From the NCBI RefSeq assembly GCF_006345805.1, contig NW_021824460.1:1-18476 (forward strand): DNA of 18,476 nucleotides, written 5' to 3'. Shown one piece after another: positions 9,244 through 18,476 of this stretch (the stretch's first letter is position 1; each line of letters opens with the position of its first letter). This DNA is from Octopus sinensis (taxonomy: Eukaryota). A program made the position numbers and the translations under genes. Under the pieces are notes generated by a model. That model made no database searches, was not told the origin of the DNA, and saw only the letters and a program-made list of their open reading frames with translations.

Positions 9244-11074
9244 CCGAAAGACTCTCTGATAGTTCTTAATTACCGGTTATTCTTTACTTGAAAGCAGTCA
9301 ATAACAAATCACCAAAGGTTTCAAGTAGTGCCTTCTCCCGTGACTCAAAGAGACAATACTCTCCATAGAATGCCAGGTGTACCCAACAATTCTGTCTGCT
9401 GGATCACTTCGAGCCTGACAGCAGCTCCAATATTCTTAATATGTTTTTCAAAGCTCTTGGAAAGTGTTCCTAATGCTCCAGTTACCACTGGTATCACCAT
9501 TACTTTCCTCATGCCCCATAACTTTCCTATCTCGTCCCGCAGTGGCTGGTATTTCTCACTATTTTCTGTTTCCTTACATTTCACCCTCGAATCGCCTGCT
9601 ATTGCAACATCTAATATCTTTGCTTCTTTTTCATCTTTATGGATGATCACGATATCTGTTCCTATCGCCTCTATGACTTGGTCGCAATGCTTGTTAAAAT
9701 CAAAGTATTTTGTAATGTTTGTTTTCCATTACTCCCTCTGACTTGTGTTCATATTATTGTTCGGCTCTCTCAAGGTTTGCTTTACCGCACAACATCCAGT
9801 GGACATATCTGGCCACATTGTTGTGTCTCCTTTTGCATTTGCGTTGTGCGAGCTTACAGTACTCACTAACAATATGGCTAGAGCATATTCTACGTTGTGG
9901 TGAGTCAGTGTCTTTATCAATGTGATATTTGGAGTAGTCTGTTCTGAGAGCTTGTTCTTGAGCATGCACACCAATGCCTCAGTGGGCCCTTTTAAGTCTC
10001 CTTTTTGTAGCCATTGCCAGATTGTATTCTAATCAACCTCATCTTTATTCTTCAAGAACTGACTCTGCATTTTCTTGTCCTGCCAAATTTTCTTTATCTG
10101 CTCTCCCTGGTCTTTCTTAAATTGTGTTGGATCTACGGCTGGGTTCACTTTTAAGGTTCCCTGCATTTTCACTGCTTCAATTGTTTCTTCTTTATTCCCC
10201 TTGACATACCAAGCACCAAGACAAGCTATTCTCCTCTTCCCTTACACAACCTTCACAACACACCAATCCTCGTCCTCCTCCTTTCCTCTTTACACATAAT
10301 CTTGACACATCACTCTTGGAGTGTAGTTCCTTGTTCGTTGCCATTAATTTTCATGTTGTCCGATCTTTCTCTTGTAATTCATGCTTCATTCAAGATACTA
10401 TTCCTGCCCCATATCTCATCAAAGCAACCGCCCACCTGTTAATTGCTCTAATCTTATAGTAGCCATTTAGCTTCGATTGAAGCACAAGCCGGATTCTCCA
10501 CAAATACTCTTTCCTGTACATTTCTTTCATCTTGTGTTTATCAATCTAATCTTTTTCAATGATACCCAGGTACTTATAACCTTCCACTCCGACTTCCTTT
10601 ATAGTTTCACCACTTTCCAGCTTGATCCCATGGCTTTTACTGATTTTCCCCTTTTGAGAATCATTACACCACATTTCTCGATCCCAAATTCCGTGCCAAT
10701 ATCTTTGCTAATCATCTGCACAGTTGCCGTCAAACTCTCAATTTCTTTCTCAGTCTTAGTGAATAGCTTTAGGTCATCCATAAACCACAGGTTGGTTACT
10801 TTCACCATGCATAGCATGTACCCCACACGCATTTTTCTTAAAACATTCGTTAGTGGCAGTATACAGACAACAAATCAAAGAGGCGACAGACTGTCCCCTA
10901 GAAAGATTCCTCTTTTGTTATTTACCTCTCCCAGTTTTTCTCCCCAATGCTGTGAGTTCAGTTCGCCCCGTTGACGTTGAATTTTGTATTAACTTCAGGA
11001 TATTGTGAGAGACCTTAAGAAGTTTAAGGCATTCAATAATCCACGGGTGTGTAACCATGTCATATGCTTTCCTT
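9244..11074 (-). mobile_element. R4/Dong-like retrotransposon copy C (RT core to 3' end)
   Basis: RKAYDMVTHPW; KRGIFLGDSLSPL; LWFMDDLKLF...EFGIEKC; RHNNVARYVHWMLC; ILDVAIAGDSRV...KYQPLRDEIGKLW...VIPVVTGALG; both ends abut (TAA)n. Confidence 0.92.
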
Positions 11075-11088
11075 TTATTATTATTATT

Positions 11089-12889
11089 CTATGTTTGACT
11101 TTTGCTTTATATTTGTACAAGTTGGCTCCAAGTCTCACCCAAGACCTCAAGAGACAACAGGGTTGGAAGTTCATGTTGTTGTTATGCCTAGTGTGCCATA
11201 TATTTGGGGGTGGGGATGTTGTACTAATGAATGTCTAAAAAAAAAAACGGTTTTTTGGGGTTTTTTTTAAACCGAAATTATGTTTGTTTTAAACCTTGAG
11301 ATTACATAGAAGTATTTGCGTAGGATATGAGCAGTTCCCATGAGCACTATCTTTTGAACTTCTGCCATTTTTTGGGTTTCCTGGTATCTGATTGGTAGCT
11401 ACAGCCCCTTTTGCTATCATTCCCAGGGCACCTATGACAACAGGTATTGTTTTAGTCTTCAGCTTCCACATTTTGCTGATTTCTATTTCAAGATCTTTAT
11501 ATTTGCTCAGTTTTTGGTAGGTCTTGACAGATACGTTTATATCGATTGGGACAGTCATATCAATGAGGAGGCATGTTCTTTGTTTGAAGTTTTTCAATAT
11601 GATGTCTGGCCTATTTGCATCTATCTTCCTGTCAGTTTGATGGTAAAGTTCCAGAGGAGTGAGATGTGGTCATTTTCAAGCACTGGGGTGGTTTTGTGTC
11701 CCACCAGTTTTTTTCATGGGGCAAATCCAGGTTTTTACAAATTACCCAGTGAATATATTGTGCAGCTCTTCGTGCCTGTTGAGATACTCTGTAGCGCTAG
11801 AAGACTGCACTTGGAGACCACATGGTCAATGGTTTCATTTTGTTGCTTGCATACACGACACGTTGGACTGCTTCTATCTTAAATATGTTGGCCTGGTAGT
11901 TTCTTGTTGGTAGGCATTGATCTTGAGCTGCTATGATAAACCCCTCTGTTTCAGATTTTAAGCCAGAGGCCATTAGCCATTGATGGGTCAGGGCTTTGTC
12001 GATATCTGCATTATTCGCTCTCTTTGGGTATTTGCCATAGAGAGGTTTTTCTTGCCATTTATTATTCAGAATATCTAAGGCCGCAGTTTTGGCACGGGTT
12101 TTCATGCGCTTAGCTTTTTCTGTGCTTGTTTCTGTATATCTATCTCTAATTCCGAAATTGGTTGTATTCGGAATTCACTTAGATATTCCTTTGCCTGTTT
12201 TGTGACTGAGTATGATGCTTTCTTGTTTTCATGTTTTGAGACAAGTTTTAGCATCCAGTCCTCAGAGTTTTTCAGGTAGGTGTCTAGGCCAATTGTAGCA
12301 ATCTTCATTGTTATTGTGCCAGTTGCAAAAGACCACGGCCTCCCTCTTTTCTTGGCAGATAGAGTCGTTCTGTATCTGCCTTAGGGTGGTGCATTCTATG
12401 CATTGTCAACAGTTTCCTTATTTTTCTGTCGAGCTGACATATTTCAGTAATTGACCAGTTAACAATATTGAAACTGTAAGTCACGACTGTATAGCTAATG
12501 CATTGATTGCTTCGATCCTGTTTCTTGCATTCAGCTCTGTCTTGAGTATTGCTCTCACTCTCTTCGATAGCATTCTCCTCCTGATCCTTTCCTTCATCTC
12601 TGAATGCCTTATTCCGTTCCCTTCATTATCCCTAGGTACTTGTAGCTCTCCCCTGGGTCTAGTTCTTTTATGACATACTGTTGGTCAAGGTAACGTTAGA
12701 TGTTTCTGTCATTTTTCCTTTGATAAGGTAGCCTTTGCACATTTATCGAGGAGGCCGATTGCATTCTGATGTCGTCACTGAATTGTTTGACTATCGCTAG
12801 TAGCCCTTGAGTTGTTGATCATTTTTGCAAAAAGCTTTAAATCATCCATGTAAAACGAGATGATTTATATTTTTATCAACATTTTATAC
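11089..12889 (-). mobile_element. R4/Dong-like retrotransposon copy D (YMDD motif to 3' end)
   Basis: YMDDLKLFAK; AAQDQCLPTRNYQ; CRVCKQQNETIDHVVSKC; ANRPDII; LIDMTVP...KYKDLEIEISKMW...IPVVIGALG; 3' UTR ends in (TAA)4; 5' side abuts ATT/CAT array. Confidence 0.92.
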
Positions 12890-12964
12890 ATTTATTATTA
12901 TTATTATATTATTATTATATTATTATCATTATCATCATCATCATCATCATCATCATCTCATCAA

Positions 12965-13005
<41 letters not shown>

Positions 13006-13024
13006 CTCATCATCATCATCATCG

Positions 13025-13120
<96 letters not shown>
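12890..13120. repeat. Compound (ATT)n-(CAT)n-(TAT)n array
   Basis: Directly visible; source of the poly-His/poly-Asp ORFs. Confidence 0.97.
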
Positions 13121-13570
13121 GTGAGAGAGCAGTGCATGCTATCAAGTGACACTGGGGTAAAATATACGAAGCCCAATATACCCATCATGACTACCCGTCT
13201 GATAAAGGTACACCAGGCACATGCCTCACAACCATATGTGCGCAACATGGTTGATCTCATATCAAGATATACAGCAATGACCTTGCAGGTGGAGCCCAGT
13301 TAGAATTTTTTCTTCATGGTTGAGTAGCCCATCCCGCTCAAAAGGTCCCTGAATAAGGAGGTTTAAGGATGTTGAAAGAACCACCCATGTTTCCAGAGGT
13401 GAACTATTCAAACCCCAAAGAATCCCTCTCAACACATGGCTATGATGCCCCTCCACTACTTCTGCTCGTGATCAGAGATGCACACTCGTCAGCCACTAAG
13501 GGACATGCTCAACTGGTTAAGGTCAACAACTGACAAGCAAATCTGTGGTATTGAGCAGAATATTTGCTGT
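13121..13570 (+). mobile_element. Unclassified ~0.6-kb repeat, copy 3 (has the gtgagagag end, lacks the terminal ~120 bp)
   Basis: Matches the reverse complement of copies 1 and 2; flanked by (TTA)n on both sides. Confidence 0.85.
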
Positions 13571-13644
13571 ATATTATTATATTATTATTATTATATTATT
13601 ATTATTATTATTATATCATTTTATTATTATTGCTATTATTATTA
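13571..13644. repeat. (TAT)n microsatellite
   Basis: Directly visible. Confidence 0.9.
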
Positions 13645-13754
13645 CTTTCTCTTTGTCACAGGTTTAGTCAGAGCTCCCGGAGTCTTGCATGCGTAGCGGG
13701 CTTACTACCTTTAATATTTACTGTTATTGTTGTTGTTGTTGTTGTTGATAATAT

Positions 13755-13937
13755 AAGGAGAGCTGACATAATCGTTAGCAGAATTCCTTCCTGTTTTACG
13801 TTCTGTGTTCAAATTCCGCCTTTCGTCCTCTCTGGATCGATAAAATAATTATCAATCACGTACGTGGGTCAATGCAAATGACTTGCAGCCCGTCTCCACC
13901 TTAAATTTGTTAACCTTGTGCCTAAGTTAAAAAGATT
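13755..13937 (+). mobile_element. SINE family 1, degenerate copy d with internal deletions
   Basis: aaggagagctgacataatcgttagca...tacgttctgtgttcaaattccgcc...gatcgataaaataa; tail ccttgtgcctaag. Confidence 0.65.
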
Positions 13938-14394
13938 TTATTTTTTGGACTTCTTAACTTCGGCAATGTGATGCGAACTTATCGACCTATTGTCTCGCAG
14001 ATTCTGTCCTACAGTTCAGAGTGGTTCTTTACCGTCTGTTATTTCTACTGTAAAACCAAATAAGATCTAAAAATGAAGAATTCCAAAGCAAATTCGCAAT
14101 CACATTATTCTTGTTGTCAATTAAAGCCTTATATTTTCCTTCCTTCATTTTTTTCTGTACAATACCCAACATTGTAATCTCTGTCATTTGATATTCTTGA
14201 AATTGAACATGTGTCAACATCACCTGACACGGCTTTCTTTTTATTTTTCATATTTTCTTCTTTAGTTTTTAATCTGTTGTGGCAATATGAAAAGAAAATA
14301 ATTTGCATCTTCCTCACCATTCTTGATCTTTCTTCTTTTATTCATAGCAAAGAATTGGCATTGCAACCAAGAATCGAAGTAGGTGGAACATATC

Positions 14395-14402
14395 CACACC
14401 CA

Positions 14403-14435
<33 letters not shown>

Positions 14436-14476
14436 CACACACACACACACGCACGCACGCACGCAAACACACATAC
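14395..14476. repeat. (CA)n/(CACG)n microsatellite
   Basis: Directly visible. Confidence 0.92.
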
Positions 14477-14621
14477 AACCTACACGGATTCAAAATTTAA
14501 TATAAGCCAGCTGGAGATAAGGAAGATATGTATATACGTTTATGAGTTATCTACATTTATACATACATAAATATATATGCATGTACACGCACTTCCGCAC
14601 AAACTCGCACGCGCACACAAA

Positions 14622-14740
14622 TGCATATATATATATGATATATATATATATATATATATGTGGAGGCGCAATCTTCAGCCACATATAGAATTTTTTAATT
14701 AAACGTACAATGCACATTCATATATATATATATATATATA
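14622..14740. repeat. Two (TA)n tracts (about 14624-14659 and 14720-14740)
   Basis: Directly visible. Confidence 0.85.
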
Positions 14741-15972
14741 CATGTGCGGTCTTTTTCAAATTTATTTTAAACAAAGAAACTACAACAAAGTAATCAATAA
14801 TATACTCTTCGTTGTTGTTTACGACTTCCTCCTATCTTTCAATAAGTCTTTCGATACCTCGGCTATAGCAATATCCCGGTTTTAACTCAAAGGATCCGTG
14901 TAGCCATGCCCTCAATTTCACATCATTATTGAACGATGCACCACGCAATGCGTTCGATAGCGGTCGAAAGCGATGAAAATCTGACGGTGCCAAGTCTGAA
15001 GATTATGAAGGATGAGACAGCATTTCCCATTCGAGACGTGGCTCTGATCATATCGGTGATGTGAGGACGGGAGTTGCGTTGCAGAAGAATGCCGTTTCGC
15101 CTATTCGGTCTTTTTTGCTGAATTGCTTCGTTGAGTCGGTGCAATTGTTGAACGTAAAACCCTGCATTGAGTGTTTCGTTGCGCTCAAGCAGTTCGTTAT
15201 GAATTGTGCTTTCCCTGTTCCACCAGACACTCAACATCTTTCGAGGAGGAAGGTCTGTTTTGCACGCGAAGTCGCTTGTTTGCCGGGGCTGAGTCATTCT
15301 TGTCGCTGATGTATATTGATGTAAAGACACCATTATTCATCGCCAATGACAATGCAGTAAGGAAAACGTTACTTGTGACCATGTGTTGAGCGACGTCGAG
15401 CGAGCAAAGTGGCGGCGGTTGTGGAGCGTTGACCTTTGTCGTTTTCGTTCAAAGTGTGTGCCACCCAAGCGCTGAGTTTCTGAACTTTGCCTGTTGAGTG
15501 AATGTGGTTCACCACAGCTTTTTTATCACAATCCATCTGATCCGCCAACTTCTCTGGTCGTTTGAGTCAATCGCTCTTCATCGAACTCAGTTGGTCGACT
15601 GGTGTGTGATCTCTCCTTGAGATTAAAATTCCCATTTTGAAGCGCGAAAGCCAACGGCGGGCGGTACTTTGAAGCGTTGTTCCTTCTCCAAAGATAGTAC
15701 CAATAACACGAGCAGCTTCGGCAGCCGTAACAGCTCGATTAAATGCAAAACGCAAATGGTGCCGAAAATGCTCACTTTTGTCCCTTTGACATTTCATTTT
15801 AATGATATGAAAACACACAAAAGTCAATAAAATTAAAAAATCAAAAGGCACTATCTCGTAAAGCATAAAAATTCTCTTTTAAATAACATAAAACATTTTG
15901 CCAATGCATTTTAGTTCTGCGTGCATTTTTAAATTTGAAAAAAAAAACGCTCATGAATTATTCTTCAACCAA
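14741..15972 (-). mobile_element. Near full-length decayed mariner (DD34D-type) DNA transposon
   Basis: ATG 15797 MKCQRDKSEHFRHHL...AAEAAR; linker WVAHTL; IVIGDE*WCLY; KMLSVWWN; HPS*SSDLAPSDFH; C-terminal YIID. Intact TIR at 15931-15972 followed by TA; partial mate at 14741-14763; several stops and frameshifts. Confidence 0.93.
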
Positions 15973-16026
15973 TATATATTTATATATAACTGTTATATAT
16001 ATATTTATATATAACTGTTATATATA

Positions 16027-16590
16027 CAGTAGCGAGCAAAAAAAGAGAACGATCATTATTTTTTTTAATTTCGGAAAAGCTAGTAAACGTACACATTCGT
16101 AATTGATTTCATAAATATGATTAACCATTGACTAAATTCTGTGAAAAATCCAAATTTGTACGATGGTCTTAATAAAAGTTAACAACACTAATATTAGTTT
16201 CGTGCAAATGTCTCTGATCAAACGATCAGAACCAAATAAGAGAACGATCAAACCAAAAAAATGCTTCAATTAACTCAAAACTATAACAGCGATTGAAAGA
16301 AATGTATATATGAACTTCATACAGTTAGTATGATGTTTGTTGGAGATCACCTCTGCACATTGTTTGCCACAGGACATAACAAGCTTCCTGCACAAATCAC
16401 GTGATACTTACTTCCATTCCTCCTCCAAAATCTTCCATAAATTCTTCATAGTAGTCGGTGCCGTTTGTAATACTTTGTCTACAAGTATCTTCCAAAGGTT
16501 TTCAATTGGATTCAAGTCTGAACTTTGTGGTGGTCACTTCTTCATTACTTACATATTTTGTTCATTAAAAAATCCAGTGAAATGCTTTGA
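16027..16590 (-). mobile_element. Tc1-family (DD34E-type) 3' fragment with long IR/DR-type terminus
   Basis: TA|CAGT end; minus-strand *PPQSSDLNPIENLWKIL...EEEWK...CAEVISNK; agagaacgatca repeated at 16044-16055 and 16239-16250. Confidence 0.85.
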
Positions 16591-16699
16591 GCTGGCAGAA
16601 ACGTTAGCACCAGATATTCAAAAGTTCTGACTTAGCAGCTGATGATCGGAAACGAGCAACTCGGAGTACTGAATCGGTACTGGAAATAATGTACTTTGT

Positions 16700-16915
16700 G
16701 TCTGTATACATGCATTATACATACACACACAACACACAACACCACACCACACACACCACACATATATATATATATATATAGTATATATACACACATATAT
16801 AATACGTAAATATACCATAATATATTGTATGTTGTGGTGTCGTATATAGATAGATAGATATGCATACATATATATGCATACATATATATATGTGTGTGTG
16901 TGTGTGTATACACAC
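16700..16915. repeat. Mixed (CA)/(TA)/(GATA)/(TG) low-complexity tract
   Basis: Directly visible. Confidence 0.85.
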
Positions 16916-17101
16916 TTACACAGAGCTTCATATTGATACACTTGCATACATTTATATACAAAATGCCTTATAAATTCTAACTCCCGAGTGGAAATGTACG
17001 TGACAGCTTGACCCGACTCGATATTGTTGTCAATCTCCTCTCAAATCACGCTTTACTGCCTGAAAAAAAAAGAGGGAAGATATATTAAATATGTAAAGAA
17101 T

Positions 17102-17425
17102 AAAGACCTCTTTCGGTCATGAATGACCATGGAATTGCGCCTAAGAAGTACTCCTCCAAGGTACAAGTCCGGGTAAGGTTGTTTGTGGTAGACCAGTAGT
17201 CGCTCATGCGTAGCAGCCTCTCCTCTCCCTGTCAAGGGAAAAGAAAAGGCCGATGCAGCTTGGCACCAGTGATGTCACAACTCATTTCTACAGCTGAGTG
17301 AACTGGAGCAACGTGAAATAAAGTGTCTTGTTCAAGAATACAACATACAACCTGATCCAGGAATCGAACTCACTACCTCAAGATTGTGAGCTTGACGCTC
17401 TAACCATTGAGCCATGTGCCTTCAC
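17102..17425 (-). mobile_element. tRNA-derived SINE, family 2
   Basis: A-box tggctcaatgg (plus 17404-17414), B-box gttcgattcc (plus 17360-17369), central ttcttgaacaagacactttatttcacgttgctccagttcactcagctgtagaaatgag (conserved-core-like), 3' stem-loop ggtca/tgacc at 17115-17128. Confidence 0.82.
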
Positions 17426-17617
17426 TGTATGCATTCATTTCATAAGAACAAAATCAGAATCACAAGTGCTGGAAAGCCTTATTGATTTATATATTCGACC
17501 ATGTTGGTCTTGAGACTAAAGAACAACAATAACAAGAACATCGTCTGTTTAGGAGACGAGGACAATTTAGTGGTGAGCTAGGGTACGATGTGGTCTGGAA
17601 GCGTCATATGATGTAGC

Positions 17618-17928
17618 CTCGTGGAAGCGTCATCCAACCAAAATACAAATATATGGGAAACTACCACCTGTATCATCTCTTGTGAAAGGTGGAAGAGTCC
17701 AGTTTGCTGGACATTGTTGTAGAGCTGAAAACGAGGCAATTTCTACTCTTCTCCTCTGAAAGCCATCTGCTCACGATGCCAGAGGGCACACACTCTCCTA
17801 CCCTGATGTAATCTCCAGGGATACAGGCATCCAGCAACAGGACCTCCGTAATGCTATGATGGACCGTGAAGTCTGGCGTAACATAATAAATTCCATTGTC
17901 TCGACCACGGTAGAACAATGATGATGAT
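17618..17928 (+). mobile_element. RTE-like LINE 3' fragment with (TGA)n tail
   Basis: From 17622: WKRHPTKIQIYGKLPPVSSLVKGGRVQFAGHCCRAENEAISTLLL*KPS...YPDVISRDTG...MMDREVWRN...VEQ*, with the stop (17919) merging into tgatgatgat; FAGH-R and DR--WR are RTE-type C-terminal motifs. Confidence 0.8.
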
Positions 17929-18044
17929 TTAGTCATCCAGAGATTGAATGATGACTGATAGCTTGCACGATGACTTTGTTTAAAGTGAAGAAGAGTCGTA
18001 CGCCGTCAACCTTATCCTTTCGTCCGTGACCATCTTTAATCCAG

Positions 18045-18158
18045 TAACAAGGCCAGGTCTTCTTGTTCTACGCTCCCTAAATCTCTGGTGCCAACCCCTT
18101 CGCTGAACAATAATGAGTTCTTTCGCAGAGTGTGCGGATTCAGCCTTCGTATGCACAG
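18045..18158 (+). CDS. Possible 114-nt symmetric (phase 2/2) internal exon of an unknown gene
   Basis: Pyrimidine-rich tract plus CAG (AG at 18043-18044); CAG|GTATGC donor; single open frame NKARSSCSTLPKSLVPTPSLNNNEFFRRVCGFSLRMH; no homology recognised. Confidence 0.2.
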
Positions 18159-18271
18159 GTATGCAAGTCCTATCTCATTAAAAGTTACATGCCGTTGGCT
18201 ACCCGTACCTGTCAAATATTATACACATTCTAACAATACCATATCATTTGGCAGATAATAGTAGAATGTAA

Positions 18272-18476
18272 TATTCTATTGTGTCTGGGGAGAGTCATTT
18301 TCTTTTTGTGCCTTATTATGTAACACACTCACCGTAAAAATTTCCACGTGTTTCTTATTTTTATTGTCCTAATACACTTATTTTTAATTGTCCTAAAATT
18401 TAGGACAATAAAATAAGAAAAACGTGGAAATTTTACTGGTGAGTGTGTTACATAATAAGACACAAAAAGAAAATGA
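18272..18476. mobile_element. Palindromic MITE-like element (runs off the window end)
   Basis: Arm 18295-18372 is the near-perfect reverse complement of 18400-18476; short spacer contains a duplicated cttattttta(a)ttgtcctaa. Confidence 0.85.

Noticed and set aside
6898-13120. Repeat-spacer alternation resembling a CRISPR array
   Set aside because: The repeats are microsatellites, the intervening blocks are kb-scale transposon fragments, there are no cas genes, and the context is eukaryotic.
13960-14395. Short minus-strand ORFs (63-70 aa)
   Set aside because: AT-rich, no recognisable domain; lengths are as expected by chance.
14655-14687. 9-bp inverted repeat tatatgtgg...ccacatata
   Set aside because: Mostly TA-repeat derived and too short to support an element call.
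16631-16670. Hammerhead-like CTGATGA...GAAAC with a gag/caa/ctc hairpin
   Set aside because: Only 3 nt are available for stem II, the cleavage triplet reads GGA rather than NUH, and stem I does not pair.
17355-17425. tRNA gene
   Set aside because: A and B boxes are present but there is no acceptor stem, and the sequence continues into a SINE body.

Overview
AT-rich, repeat-saturated eukaryotic intergenic or intronic DNA. The SINE, LINE and microsatellite repertoire resembles Octopus (recalled family resemblance, not a database match). No host gene is confidently identifiable, and there is no rRNA, true tRNA or CRISPR array. Nearly all protein similarity comes from decayed transposons: (i) a 5'-truncated, nearly intact L1/Tx1-clade LINE inside a (GATA)n array; (ii) four R4/Dong-like restriction-like-endonuclease (RLE) retrotransposon fragments, each abutting (TAA)n-type microsatellite, two of them stacked head-to-tail; (iii) an RTE-like LINE 3' end; (iv) two mariners and one IR/DR-type Tc1 fragment; (v) two tRNA-derived SINE families, a headless ~0.6 kb non-coding repeat (3 copies plus one borrowed tail) and a palindromic MITE. 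The most notable theme is a microsatellite-centred retroposon ecosystem: separate LINE clades paired with (TAA)n and (GATA)n, SINE bodies with interchangeable tails, and a hairpin where two independent junctions coincide. Two unique islands stand out: a transcription-factor motif cluster at about 5.24-5.46 kb and a possible 114-nt exon at 18045-18158. Most ORF-track entries are microsatellite or antisense artefacts. All alignments and translations were done by eye, so boundaries are approximate.
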